Of a stretch of DNA of 64,000 nucleotides, positions 1 to 9,346 are shown in pieces. The stretch is from contig JAVVQG010000001.1 of the NCBI GenBank assembly GCA_036655355.1, positions 280,045 through 344,044 on the forward strand, written 5' to 3'. The first letter of the stretch is position 1, and every line of letters begins with the position of its first letter. The notes under the pieces were generated by a model that searched no databases, was not told the DNA's origin, and saw only the letters and a program-made list of their open reading frames with translations. The translations under genes and the position numbers were made by a program. The stretch comes from Bacteroidales bacterium (GTDB taxonomy: Bacteria; Bacteroidota; Bacteroidia; Bacteroidales; JAUNSR01).

Positions 1-1032
1 TACCTTTATTTCTGGGATTTGCTCGAAAAGTCGAATCTCTTCCTCGAAAATATCATCCGTACCTCATCTAGCGACATCAACGACCGCGAAGTGGTTCATT
101 ATTTCAGCTCTCCTGTTGATGACGGAGGTGTATGGAATCTGTTTTATAATGTAGCCGGGAAATACGGTTTCGTACCCAAAGAGGTGATGCCTGAAACGGC
201 CCATTCGGAGAATACCGGGCAGTTGCGCTCTTTGTTGAACGAACGGTTACGCAAAGGGGGCTATGACCTGCGCGAACAGGCGGCAAAAGGAAAAGATGAG
301 CAAGAACTGCGCAAGCAAAAACAAACTGTATTGGGCGATGTTTATAAATTGCTGACCTCCACCTTAGGGGAACCACCTGTAGAATTCACATGGCGATACA
401 AAGACAAATCCGGAACGATCCATTCGCTCCATACCTCTCCTCAGGAATTCTATAAGGAAAATACACCGGCCAATTATTCGCCGGAAGAGTACATCATGAT
501 CATGAACGATCCTACGCGTCCCTATTATCAGGTGTATGACATCGCCAACTACAGAAATACGGTAGAGGGGATGAACTGGCGCTATCTGAATCTGCCCAAC
601 GAAGAGATCAAGAAAAGTGCCGTAGCTTCCATAAAGAATAACGAGGCGATGTATGCATCTTGCGACGTAGGCAAACAGTTCAACCGTGAATCCGGAATCC
701 TCGATCCGAAAATGTATGATTATGAATCGCTTTTGGGAATCGATCTGGAGATGGATAAAAAGGCTCGGATTCTGACCAGACAAAGTGGGTCCGCCCATGC
801 GATGTCTATCGTAGCGGTCGATACGGATGAACAGGAGAAACCCTTGAAATGGGAGTTTGAGAACAGTTGGGGAAGCAAAAGCGGGAACAACGGTTATCTC
901 ACTTTTACCGATGCTTGGTTTGATGAATATTTATTCCGAATCGTAATCCGCAAAGAATACTTGAGTAAAAAAGCAGTTAAGGCACTCGATAGCAAACCGG
1001 TAAGTCTACCGGCATGGGATTATATGTTCTGA
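1..1032 (+). CDS. pepC: aminopeptidase C / bleomycin-hydrolase-type C1 cysteine peptidase, 5' end outside window
   Basis: The frame is open from nt 1, so the listed 19 TTG start is an artefact. The sequence matches the C-terminal half of PepC-like C1 peptidases, with the catalytic His context SGSAHAMSIVAVD and the Asn context FENSWGSKSGNNGY. The catalytic Cys would lie upstream of the window. Confidence 0.85.
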   Translation, partial: YLYFWDLLEKSNLFLENIIRTSSSDINDREVVHYFSSPVDDGGVWNLFYNVAGKYGFVPKEVMPETAHSENTGQLRSLLNERLRKGGYDLREQAAKGKDEQELRKQKQTVLGDVYKLLTSTLGEPPVEFTWRYKDKSGTIHSLHTSPQEFYKENTPANYSPEEYIMIMNDPTRPYYQVYDIANYRNTVEGMNWRYLNLPNEEIKKSAVASIKNNEAMYASCDVGKQFNRESGILDPKMYDYESLLGIDLEMDKKARILTRQSGSAHAMSIVAVDTDEQEKPLKWEFENSWGSKSGNNGYLTFTDAWFDEYLFRIVIRKEYLSKKAVKALDSKPVSLPAWDYMF

Positions 1033-1055
1033 AAATACGATCATAATTTAATAGA

Positions 1056-2603
1056 ATGGCTACCCTGACGGCATTTATCAAGAAACGAGATTTGAAAGTT
1101 TATTTCTCCAGCATCCTAATAGGGATATTCGTGGGGCTTTTCAGCATTCTTTTCCGATACGTCATTGATCAATTGGGGGCGCTGCGAACCGGATATTTTG
1201 AATCTTCGCTCGCTTGGTATCTCAAATTTCCGCTTTATATCGCCTGCATCTATTTCGTTTTGCTCCTCATCAATTACATGATCATCAAATACCCGATTGT
1301 GGGAGGGAACGGGGCGGAACAGACACGGGGAATGTTAAACGGACATTTACACAGAAAAGAAGCCCCCAAGCACCTGTTGGAGAAATTCATCGGTTCGGTC
1401 TTCTCCCTCGGTTCAGGGATGTCTCTCGGACACGAAGGTCCTTCGATTCAGTTCGGAGGGTATATCGGTATGATTATCTCGCGATTTCTGAAAATAACAC
1501 CCGGAAGAGAGGAGTATATGCTTTCAGCCGGAGCTTCGGCGGGTGTGGCTGCTGCACTGAATGCTCCATTGGCAGGACCGATCTATATCATCGAATCACT
1601 GCAACAGATTAATAACATCCGGATGTCTATCTGCTCGTTGCTTGCAGGATTGGTAGGGGGACTGATCGCTTATGTATTTATGCCGGACAACCCCTATCGG
1701 TTTTTTGTGCTCAAAGGACCGGAGTTAAATGAATTTGTGGTTCCTGGAATCCTCATCGTAATGGGCATTTACATGATGATTTTAGGAACGTTGTTCACCA
1801 AATTAGTTGAATTCTTCAGAAAACGCTATTTTGCCGGAGTATACAGTGCGCGTATCCAACTCCTGGCACTGACCGTAATGATGGCGCTGATCGGCTACTA
1901 CATCCCGTTGCTTTTGGGATCGGGACAACCTTTTATGATTGCTCAGGGAGTTTCGGGAACGCTAGAAACGAGTAGAGCTGCATTGATTTTATTGATTAGC
2001 TTTCTTTTTACGGCTTTCTCTCAAGGAACTACCTTTCCCGGGGGTGCTTTTCTTCCATTATTAACGGTAGGAGGATTGAGCGGGCGTCTGTTCGGACTCA
2101 TCCTGCTCTCGCTGAATGTGGTGACGGTTGAACAACTGCCCTATTTTATGTTTCTGGGGATGAGTGCGATGTTCGTTATCGTTATGCGTACGCCACTCAC
2201 CGGATTCTTGCTAGTGCTTGAGATGACAGGGCACTTTGAGGTTCTCCTCCCCTCTCTGGCCGTAGGGATCGTTGGATATTTTTTAATTTCAACGGTAAAG
2301 ATGAAATCGCTTCCCGCGAGTCTCTACAATACATTGTTAAAACGGATCGAGTCCACTTCGGTAAAAACGTTGACCATTGCTTTCGAGGCGATGCCGAACT
2401 CCTATTTTATAGGAAAAGACGCGGCGGATTTAAACCTTCCTTCAGGAACACGGTTGCTTTATGTAAAACGGGAACACCGGGAAGTAACCCTAATGAACGG
2501 CGAAAAGATAGAAGCGGGTGACCAGCTTTATTTCGCTATTCAAAAAGAGGAAGTGGAAAAAGTTTACCTCGCCCTCCTTAGTTTATCTTCCGATCAACTG
2601 TGA
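1056..2603 (+). CDS. ClC-family voltage-gated chloride channel / H+-Cl- antiporter with a C-terminal TrkA-C-like domain
   Basis: Polytopic membrane ORF carrying the ClC selectivity motifs GSGMSLGHEGP and GGAFLP. It has a soluble C-terminal tail of about 90 aa (LNLPSGTRLLYVKRE...GDQLYF) of RCK_C type. Confidence 0.85.
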   Translation: MATLTAFIKKRDLKVYFSSILIGIFVGLFSILFRYVIDQLGALRTGYFESSLAWYLKFPLYIACIYFVLLLINYMIIKYPIVGGNGAEQTRGMLNGHLHRKEAPKHLLEKFIGSVFSLGSGMSLGHEGPSIQFGGYIGMIISRFLKITPGREEYMLSAGASAGVAAALNAPLAGPIYIIESLQQINNIRMSICSLLAGLVGGLIAYVFMPDNPYRFFVLKGPELNEFVVPGILIVMGIYMMILGTLFTKLVEFFRKRYFAGVYSARIQLLALTVMMALIGYYIPLLLGSGQPFMIAQGVSGTLETSRAALILLISFLFTAFSQGTTFPGGAFLPLLTVGGLSGRLFGLILLSLNVVTVEQLPYFMFLGMSAMFVIVMRTPLTGFLLVLEMTGHFEVLLPSLAVGIVGYFLISTVKMKSLPASLYNTLLKRIESTSVKTLTIAFEAMPNSYFIGKDAADLNLPSGTRLLYVKREHREVTLMNGEKIEAGDQLYFAIQKEEVEKVYLALLSLSSDQL

Positions 2604-2612
2604 TAAATCAAA

Positions 2613-2660
2613 AACACCTCATCCTCCAGGGTTCTATCCTGTGGGGTGAGGTGTTTCTTA
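2613..2660. terminator. bidirectional intrinsic terminator-like hairpin
   Basis: Arms AACACCTCA (2613-2621) and TGAGGTGTT (2647-2655) lie between the convergent genes ending at 2603 and 2676. An A-run lies before the hairpin and T-rich sequence after it. Confidence 0.55.
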
Positions 2661-2675
2661 TTTAAATAGAATGCT

Positions 2676-3113
2676 TTACGCTTTTTTAGAAGAAGTGAAT
2701 CGCAGTTCGATCACGAATGCCACAATCAGACCGATTCCACCGAACAAAAGGGTCGATGCCCCGTAGAGACCGGAGATTATTGAACCCGGAGTATTGCCTG
2801 AAGCATAAACACTGCCGAGATCGTTGGCATAATTCATATAGATAAAAAAAGCTACCAACAGTCCTATTCCCATTCCTGCCAACAAAGACCCAATTTTCAA
2901 AGCAGTGAATTTATTGCTACTTTTTTCGAAAATAGGCATGTTACCCGGCACTGTTAACATAGAGGCTAAATCGTATTCCGGGATTCTTTCTGAGAAATGC
3001 AACTTCTCAATAAGTAATAACCGTTCTTTCCGGCGTACGAATAATTCAAATAAGCGGTAAATACAAAGAGCTATAATACCCACAATAACAGGTGCAATAA
3101 TAAAATTCATCAT
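2676..3113 (-). CDS. small three-TM membrane protein, function unknown
   Basis: 145-aa ORF with an N-terminal TM helix, an RRKERLLLIEKL motif and two Gly-rich C-terminal TM helices. It is divergent from the sigma-factor remnant. Confidence 0.6.
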   Translation of the reverse strand: MMNFIIAPVIVGIIALCIYRLFELFVRRKERLLLIEKLHFSERIPEYDLASMLTVPGNMPIFEKSSNKFTALKIGSLLAGMGIGLLVAFFIYMNYANDLGSVYASGNTPGSIISGLYGASTLLFGGIGLIVAFVIELRFTSSKKA

Positions 3114-3252
3114 AAGGCAGTCGTTTTTAAAGGTTCAACTTTTAAGTTCTGTCTATTTGACGCATCGGATTCTGATTGGTTACAAATTTTCGAATAAAAA
3201 ATATTCTATTTTCTTTGTAACCGTTGTATGTTACCTGCGTCTATATAAAAGA

Positions 3253-3641
3253 ATGAAAAACCTGAATGACACATATTATATTAAACGGATTCGTGAAGGA
3301 GATACCGATTGCTTCGGCTGTCTTCTGGACCGATACAGCCGTCAGGTATTTGCGCTTATCGTTCGTGTGACCAACAACAAAGAAGAGAGGTTCGAATCCA
3401 ATGCGCTTGGATTATAACGGCCACTTTTTCGTTGTTGGGATTGGCTTATTACGCGCTAAAATCTATAGATTTCACATTTCAACTGCCCGATTTCTCACTT
3501 GAAATACCGGCTTTTTCATTGCACATCCCCCAACCACATATTCCTACAATATTCATTTGCATCGGTTTTTGCGCTCTTCTGCTGTTGGGTTTGGATTATC
3601 TGATGCGCAGACTCTATTTCAAGCATAAACGAAATAATTAA
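3253..3641 (+). pseudogene. remnant of an ECF-type sigma-70 factor joined out of frame to the tail of a membrane-protein gene
   Basis: MKNLNDTYYIKRIREGDTDCFGCLLDRYSRQVFALIVRVTNNKEE is a typical ECF sigma region-2 N-terminus. It breaks off after 45 aa, at about nt 3388, and stops at 3417. A second frame (to 3641) encodes only a TM-rich C-terminal tail (ITATFSLLGLAYY...LLLLGLDYLMRRLYFKHKRNN). Confidence 0.5.
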
Positions 3642-3693
3642 ACTTCGCGATGTAAAAAGAAGACGCTCGTTTTTCAGCTTGGCCTTTGGATGC

Positions 3694-3701
3694 TAAATTT
3701 G
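3694..3701 (+). promoter_or_regulatory. Bacteroidota -7 promoter box (TAnnTTTG)
   Basis: TAAATTTG lies 62 nt upstream of the ATG at 3764. Confidence 0.4.
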
Positions 3702-3763
3702 ATGAAAATACTATTATCTTAGCACCTTTGAAAAACAAACCCATACCAATACCATCGTCCTTG

Positions 3764-5383
3764 ATGAAACTGAAACATTATGCATTCCTTGGCGCGCTGC
3801 TTGGCGCCAATACCACATTGATTGCCCAGATTGAGCTTCCAACCATGGGCTGGAGTTCGTGGAATACTTACAGAATAAACATTAGCGATAAACTCATTAT
3901 GGAGCAAGCGGATGCGATGAAAGCATCCGGTTTGGGAGATGCGGGGTACCGTTACATCAACATCGACGACGGTTATTTCGGCGGTCGCGATGCAAACGGC
4001 AATCTGATTACGCATCCCGTACGCTTTCCGAAAGGATTACAAGAGGTCGTCAACCACATTCACGATCTTGGATTCAAAGCAGGTATCTATTCTGATGCGG
4101 GCTGCAATACCTGTGGGCATTTTTGGGATAAAGACACCATTGCACAGGGAGTGGGACTCTATGGACACGATGATCAAGATGCAAACTACTTCTTTAAAGA
4201 TCTTGGGTTCGATTTTATCAAGATTGATTTCTGCGGAGGAGATGCGAAACAAAATTTCGGCAATTTGGCCCTGGATGAGAAAACCCGCTATACGGAAATT
4301 CGTGAAGCAATCAATCGCGTCGGTCGAGAGGATGTTCGCATCAACGTATGTCGTTGGGCTTTCCCGGGAACATGGGTCCAGAGTATCGGCTCTTCCTGGC
4401 GAATGTCTCCCGATATCAATCCGAGTTGGGGTAGCGTGAAAAGTATCATCGCCCGGAATCTTTATTTATCGGCCTATGCCACAGAAGGCCATTACAATGA
4501 TATGGATATGCTTGAAGTGGGTCGCGGAATGGGAGAAACAGTTGATCAGACTCACTTCGGAATGTGGTGTATCATGAGTTCTCCGCTTCTGATCGGATGC
4601 GATATGACAACGATTTCAGAACAGACGTTGAACTTGCTTAAGAACAAAGAACTGATTTCTCTGAATCAGGACCCTCTTGGAATTCAAGCCAACGTAGTGG
4701 CTAAATCGGGAGAAGTATATCTATTGGCTAAGGATCTTGAAACAATCGGTGGAAAGAAACGCGCCTTTGCGATTTACAATTCAGGCGATAAACCCGCTGT
4801 ATTTACAGTTGACCTTGCAAATCAGATTAACCTTAGCGGAAAGGTGAAGTTACGCGATGTTGCAAAACAACAGGATGCGGGGATAATTACCGACGGCCGA
4901 CTAACGGTGGAAGTTCCGGCTCGTGGTTCGGCATTCTATATCGCAGAAGGAAAAAAACGAATCGAACAAAATCGATACGAAGCGGAGGATGCCTGGTTGG
5001 AAGGATACAGCGCCATTGATGTGAAGAATGAGGAGACGGTGGCAGACCGTGCTCGCGTAACTACAAACAAAAACTACTCCGGCGAAAAAGCGGTTTCATT
5101 TCTGGGAAAACCGGGTAACTGGATGGAATGGCGTCGCATTTATAGTAAAAAGGGGGGCGATTACCTCTTGACACTTCACTATGTGGGGGGAGATGCATCT
5201 TCTGCCGATTTGAGCGTAAACGACAAAACGGTTTCACTTAGCAACCTCAAGAAAGGCGAAGAGAATAAATTACAGCAGGTTACGGTTCCGGTAAAACTAA
5301 AGAAAGGTTTAAATACGATCCGAATCGGGAATGAAATCGGATTCACACCGGTAATCGACTGCATCGATCTGAAGAAAAAATAA
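3764..5383 (+). CDS. exported GH27 alpha-galactosidase with a C-terminal CBM6/35-like module
   Basis: Signal peptide MKLKHYAFLGALLGANTTLIAQ. GH27 motifs GWSSWNTY, YINIDDGYF and DFIKIDFCGG are present. The C-terminal ~130 aa (RYEAEDAWLEG...NTIRIGN...IDCIDL) resemble a CBM6/35 fold. The start was moved from the listed TTG at 3686 to the ATG at 3764. Confidence 0.85.
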   Translation: MKLKHYAFLGALLGANTTLIAQIELPTMGWSSWNTYRINISDKLIMEQADAMKASGLGDAGYRYINIDDGYFGGRDANGNLITHPVRFPKGLQEVVNHIHDLGFKAGIYSDAGCNTCGHFWDKDTIAQGVGLYGHDDQDANYFFKDLGFDFIKIDFCGGDAKQNFGNLALDEKTRYTEIREAINRVGREDVRINVCRWAFPGTWVQSIGSSWRMSPDINPSWGSVKSIIARNLYLSAYATEGHYNDMDMLEVGRGMGETVDQTHFGMWCIMSSPLLIGCDMTTISEQTLNLLKNKELISLNQDPLGIQANVVAKSGEVYLLAKDLETIGGKKRAFAIYNSGDKPAVFTVDLANQINLSGKVKLRDVAKQQDAGIITDGRLTVEVPARGSAFYIAEGKKRIEQNRYEAEDAWLEGYSAIDVKNEETVADRARVTTNKNYSGEKAVSFLGKPGNWMEWRRIYSKKGGDYLLTLHYVGGDASSADLSVNDKTVSLSNLKKGEENKLQQVTVPVKLKKGLNTIRIGNEIGFTPVIDCIDLKKK

Positions 5384-5407
5384 TTTTCGTGTCTTTAAAC
5401 AAGTAAA

Positions 5408-5444
5408 ATGGCCGAAGCGTATGAATGATGCTTCGGCCATTTTT
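5408..5444. terminator. bidirectional intrinsic terminator
   Basis: Perfect 11-bp stem ATGGCCGAAGC (5408-5418) / GCTTCGGCCAT (5430-5440), flanked by AAAA and TTTT. It lies between the convergent genes ending at 5383 and 5472. Confidence 0.75.
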
Positions 5445-5471
5445 GTTATATCGTGAAAAATAAGAAGGTTA

Positions 5472-7493
5472 TCACTTCGCATTAAAACGCAGGGTAACTC
5501 CCCCTTTCACCCAGATTCCGGGTTGTGGAATGTTCCCCAAATCAACATACTTGCGGTTTAAGAGGTTGTTCGCTTCTGCATAAATAGTGTAAAGGGGACG
5601 TACCCACTGTATTTTTAGGTCAACAATGCCATAAGATGGATAAGGTACCTCTCCCACCGGTTGCAGTTGTTCATAACGTGTATAACTACCCATTCGCTGT
5701 TGCCAACGGTATGCCCAGGTAGCTGATAAATCGCGCCAGATGGTATGCGTGAGTTGGGCGGTAAATTTATGCCGAAGGTACTCTAATGCATAGTTGGATT
5801 TATAAACATCGCCTGTTTCTTTTTGCTGATGAATGTAGGCGTAACCCAGATCCAGACGTTTCAGAAACAGCTCCGGCGTGAACAAAGATGAAAAATCGAT
5901 TACGGCAGACACCTCCACCCCCATATTGTTGAGAGACGTATGGTTGACGGTCTTCCATTTCTCATCCTCCGATGAGGTTTTTATCCAATCGATCATATCG
6001 GTTCCACGTTGGTAAAAAACGCTCAGTGAGGTTATAGCAAAATAATTGGTGTAACGGCTTCCGATCTCGAATGCTTCATTCTTTTCAGGTTTCAGATCCG
6101 GATTCCCTTCATTGGTAGCACTCTTATAATACAGATCGGTAAAAGTCGGCATCCGCAAAGAGCGATTCCAACTTGCATAAAGTTTCAAATTGTCGGAAAT
6201 TCTGTAACCGGCATCAATTCCCGGATAGAAGCGCATCCCTTGATTCAATGCGGTATTATAAGCTCCCAACACGCCGACGGAAAGTGTAAAACGATCCAAA
6301 AGTAGGTTATGTTCGGCATAAACACTCAAATCGGTGCGTTCATCGCCGTATAAATAATGTCCTGAAGGTCGTGCTCTCTCTTTTCCCAATACACTACTCA
6401 AAACCTCTTCGTGACGCACTTCCACTCCGATCGCCGTCTTTCCTGCAACACTGCTGTAAGAGGCATTGAGATTCATCCCCGACACATCGGTACGATGATA
6501 GTTCGCTCCGGCATACCAGGACGGGAAATCTGAACGGAACAATTCGAACCGGTCATAGGTGCGATGAGCATACAGTTGAGAGGAGGTTTGAATCACTCCG
6601 GGCGTAGCAATGCGGAACGAGCCGAAATAACGACGCACATGTTCGTATTGATTTGCATATTTGGGTGAGTAGAAGGTATTTGCACCAAACCCTTTATCGG
6701 AAATGCCGAATTGTAAATCAGCATTCATTTTCCGGCCTTGATAATTTCCTTGGTAAAACCCGCGGCTTCCGGAGAAATCGCTGTTGGAAACAGCACCGTC
6801 AGATCTGAAATAAGCGCCGGAGATGTGATTGGTGAAAGCTCCTGTCTGAAGCGATGCGCCGAGTTCTCCCTTAATCAGCCCGTATTGCCCTCCCTGTAAA
6901 TCCGCTGAGACGGTATTGGCCTGCTCCTTTCGGGTAACAATATTGATGGCTCCGGTAAAAGCGGAAGTTCCAAAGACACGCGCTGCCGGTCCGCTAAGGA
7001 TCTCGATTCGCTCGATATCGCTCATATTAACCGGAATGTCTGCCGAAAGATGTCCCGTCTGCGGATTATTGACATTCACCCCATTCAACATCAGGGTAAT
7101 CTGATCGAAAGTACCTCCCCGCAAAGAGATATCGGTTTGAATTCCAAATTCTCCCCGTTGGCGTACGTCTACTCCAGCGACGTACTTTAATAGTTCGTTT
7201 ATACTCTGTACGGGAGCGGCCGCAATCTCTTTGCGACTTACCACCTGTACGATACGAGGTGTTTGTTGTTGAGTCAGAGGAACGCGTCCCGCAGTCACCT
7301 CTATTTCTTCGAGTTCATAAACCGGTTCAGTAAATGCCGTTTGTTGTTGTGCGTGCAACGTCCCTGCCGAGAAGGAGTGCAGAACCACAACCGACAGAGA
7401 GGCGATGGTTATCTCTTTCTGAAGACTGCGAAAGATCGCATACGGTTTATTCGAGAAACGACTCCAACGATAATTCGTTACGGATGAATTCAT
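5472..7493 (-). CDS. TonB-dependent outer-membrane receptor (not SusC-type; BtuB/siderophore-like size)
   Basis: 673-aa ORF with a signal peptide, plug-domain motifs (IEVTAGR, DVRQRGEFG, ISLRGG, ERIEILSGPA) and a long Tyr/Gly/Asn-rich barrel region. Confidence 0.85.
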   Translation of the reverse strand: MNSSVTNYRWSRFSNKPYAIFRSLQKEITIASLSVVVLHSFSAGTLHAQQQTAFTEPVYELEEIEVTAGRVPLTQQQTPRIVQVVSRKEIAAAPVQSINELLKYVAGVDVRQRGEFGIQTDISLRGGTFDQITLMLNGVNVNNPQTGHLSADIPVNMSDIERIEILSGPAARVFGTSAFTGAINIVTRKEQANTVSADLQGGQYGLIKGELGASLQTGAFTNHISGAYFRSDGAVSNSDFSGSRGFYQGNYQGRKMNADLQFGISDKGFGANTFYSPKYANQYEHVRRYFGSFRIATPGVIQTSSQLYAHRTYDRFELFRSDFPSWYAGANYHRTDVSGMNLNASYSSVAGKTAIGVEVRHEEVLSSVLGKERARPSGHYLYGDERTDLSVYAEHNLLLDRFTLSVGVLGAYNTALNQGMRFYPGIDAGYRISDNLKLYASWNRSLRMPTFTDLYYKSATNEGNPDLKPEKNEAFEIGSRYTNYFAITSLSVFYQRGTDMIDWIKTSSEDEKWKTVNHTSLNNMGVEVSAVIDFSSLFTPELFLKRLDLGYAYIHQQKETGDVYKSNYALEYLRHKFTAQLTHTIWRDLSATWAYRWQQRMGSYTRYEQLQPVGEVPYPSYGIVDLKIQWVRPLYTIYAEANNLLNRKYVDLGNIPQPGIWVKGGVTLRFNAK

Positions 7494-7520
7494 TTATAGT
7501 TCGTTCAGTTTTTTAACGCT

Positions 7521-7587
7521 AAGGTCAAAGGCACCATCTATTTACCTTTTGTTGGTATCTCATCTTATGTTGAGCTACGACGATTTC
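7521..7587 (-). promoter_or_regulatory. recurrent leader cassette, copy A (upstream of the TonB-dependent receptor)
   Basis: The gene-sense core TAGATGGTGCCTTTGACCTT ends 27 nt before the ATG. It aligns over about 68 nt with copy G on the opposite strand. Confidence 0.6.
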
Positions 7588-7747
7588 ATTGACCCCTAAT
7601 TGGGGCAAAAGTAAAAATAGATTTGAAATAGTTACTTCTTTTATAAAGGATAATAAATATATTTGTTTCTTTCAGAACTCAACCTTGAAACACATTGTAC
7701 AACTCTAACCTTTAACTACCGAACTAAACCATAATAATTTATACAAA

Positions 7748-7816
7748 GAAAATCGCCATAACTCACCATTAGTTGAAATACCCAACTGAGGGTAATTAGA
7801 TGGCGCATTTGACCTT
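7748..7816 (+). promoter_or_regulatory. recurrent leader cassette, copy G (upstream of the GH63-like gene)
   Basis: The core TAGATGGCGCATTTGACCTT (7797-7816) lies 37 nt before the ATG at 7854. It forms an inverted repeat with copy A. Confidence 0.6.
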
Positions 7817-7853
7817 AATGTAAAAAATAGATGATACTCAAATAAAATCGAAT

Positions 7854-9338
7854 ATGAACCGTATTTTTATTCTCCTTGCACTATTATTTTTGCAGCGTAC
7901 TACATTTGCACAAAAAACCGAATTCAACTTAAAAAGTTTACCACAACCTTATGCTACGGATTATCCACACTATGAAGAACTCTATCAAAAAGCATGGGAA
8001 CTGGCATGGAGTCACATAACAGTAAAAGAGGGGATGACACAATCGCCTTTCATTGATGAAGCATTCTGCGATTACAACGATTGGATCTGGGATACACAAT
8101 TTATGCTTTTGTATTGGCGTTATGCCGCACACCTTGGTGATTGGATCCTGACGAATAATAACTTCTACAAACCCATACACGATGGAGTTTCAAGTTCTGG
8201 AGCGATTCATATTCCAGACAATCCCCCCTTGTTTGCTTGGAGCGAATATCTTTACAATAAGATCAGCGGAGATAAGGAACATCTAGAACAACTACTATTC
8301 AAGGATCGATATTTGCAAAAACATTATTACTGGTTCGACACGATTCAGCCAAGAAGTGTAATCTGTTCAAGTGCTCCAACTTGCCTTAAGAAAGTTGAGA
8401 AGGGATATCTTTGGGAAGGAGGACGAAGCGGAATGGATAATACACCGCGAGGGAGAACTTACGCTCCCGTGAAAGAAGAACGTCCTAACAATCCGAATAT
8501 GCTTTGGGTAGATGCCATTGCACAACAAGCGCTGTCGGCGGATTGCATTGCTCAACTCTTACAGGAAAGTGGAAAAAAGGAGGAGGCGAAATTTTGGCAG
8601 CACAAAAGAGATTCGATTGGGAAACTGATTAATCAATATTATTGGGATGCAGAAGATGGTTTCTATTATGATATCGACAGAAGAGACAACAAATTCTTAA
8701 AGGTAGCCACCCCCGCATCTTATTGGGTGATGCTTGCAGGAGTTGCTCCGAAAAAAAACGGAGAACGCATGGCAGAGAAGGCCGAATCAAAAGAGTGGTT
8801 CGGTGCAGATGCGCCTTTCACGACTCTGATCGAATCGGATCCTAATTTCGGAACTGACGGAAACTATTGGCGTGGAGCGATGTGGTTGCCAACCTCTTAT
8901 ATGAGTATCAAAGCACTTGAACGATACGGTTATCTTCGGCTTGCACATGAAGCGGCAATCCGTGTAATCGACAGGCAATATCACACTTACAAGGATTATT
9001 CGCCTAATACGATTTGGGAGTGTTACAGCCCATCGGAATATAAACCGTCTTATCGTCACGACTACAAAGAATATGTCCGTCCAGATTTCTGCGGATGGTC
9101 AGCATTAGGTCCGATTTCACTCTTTATCGAGAATGTCTTGGGATTCTATGATATCGATGCGAATAGTCGTACGATTCGTTGGAATCGGGAACTTCAGAAG
9201 CCACACGGGATACGGAATCTCCATTTCGGGGATATCGTAACAGACATCGAATGGGACGGCAAACAGGTAATTTCAAAAACCAATAAACCGTACACGCTGA
9301 TTATGAATGGTAAAAAAATTAAAATAAAACCCGAATAA
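7854..9338 (+). CDS. exported (alpha/alpha)6-barrel glycoside hydrolase, GH63 / MGH1 / trehalase-like
   Basis: Signal peptide MNRIFILLALLFLQRTTFA. Motifs WEGGRSGMDNTPRG, NYWRGAMWLPTSY and WECYSP are typical of GH63/GH37-like barrels. Confidence 0.6.
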   Translation: MNRIFILLALLFLQRTTFAQKTEFNLKSLPQPYATDYPHYEELYQKAWELAWSHITVKEGMTQSPFIDEAFCDYNDWIWDTQFMLLYWRYAAHLGDWILTNNNFYKPIHDGVSSSGAIHIPDNPPLFAWSEYLYNKISGDKEHLEQLLFKDRYLQKHYYWFDTIQPRSVICSSAPTCLKKVEKGYLWEGGRSGMDNTPRGRTYAPVKEERPNNPNMLWVDAIAQQALSADCIAQLLQESGKKEEAKFWQHKRDSIGKLINQYYWDAEDGFYYDIDRRDNKFLKVATPASYWVMLAGVAPKKNGERMAEKAESKEWFGADAPFTTLIESDPNFGTDGNYWRGAMWLPTSYMSIKALERYGYLRLAHEAAIRVIDRQYHTYKDYSPNTIWECYSPSEYKPSYRHDYKEYVRPDFCGWSALGPISLFIENVLGFYDIDANSRTIRWNRELQKPHGIRNLHFGDIVTDIEWDGKQVISKTNKPYTLIMNGKKIKIKPE

Positions 9339-9346
9339 CAATCAAA

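Noticed and set aside
1214-1612. A 132-aa alternative-frame ORF inside the ClC gene. Similar same-strand overlapping ORFs occur at 4068-4439, 18323-18835 and 20491-20766.
   Set aside because: They are embedded in well-supported longer genes and have Arg/Ser/Pro-rich composition with no start context. They are frame artefacts.
3389-3399. GGTTCGAATCC, the canonical tRNA T-arm sequence, which suggested a tRNA gene.
   Set aside because: The flanking sequence cannot form the T-stem (only 2-3 pairs), and there is no acceptor, anticodon or D arm. It is kept only as a possible scar in the sigma-remnant finding.
3686-3763. N-terminal extensions implied by the ORF track: TTG 3686 for GH27, ATG 54641 for GH84, TTG 59679 for the PPIase and TTG 49141 for the membrane protein.
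   Set aside because: In each case a downstream ATG immediately precedes a canonical signal peptide or lipobox. In addition, a TAnnTTTG -7 box lies too close to, or inside, the extension for it to be transcribed.
7797-7816. Reading the cassette core TGGCGC-ATTTG-ACC as a sigma-54 -24/-12 promoter (TGGCAC-N5-TTGC).
   Set aside because: The GC of the -12 element is missing at the required spacing. TTTG falls 4 nt too early, and copies B and C lack the GG.
7494-7853. A cobalamin or TPP riboswitch upstream of the TonB-dependent receptor.
   Set aside because: I found no B12 box (AGYCMGGAGACCKGCC-like), no TPP CUGAGA / ACCUGAUCUGGAUAAUGCCAGCG elements, and none of the corresponding multi-stem architectures on either strand.
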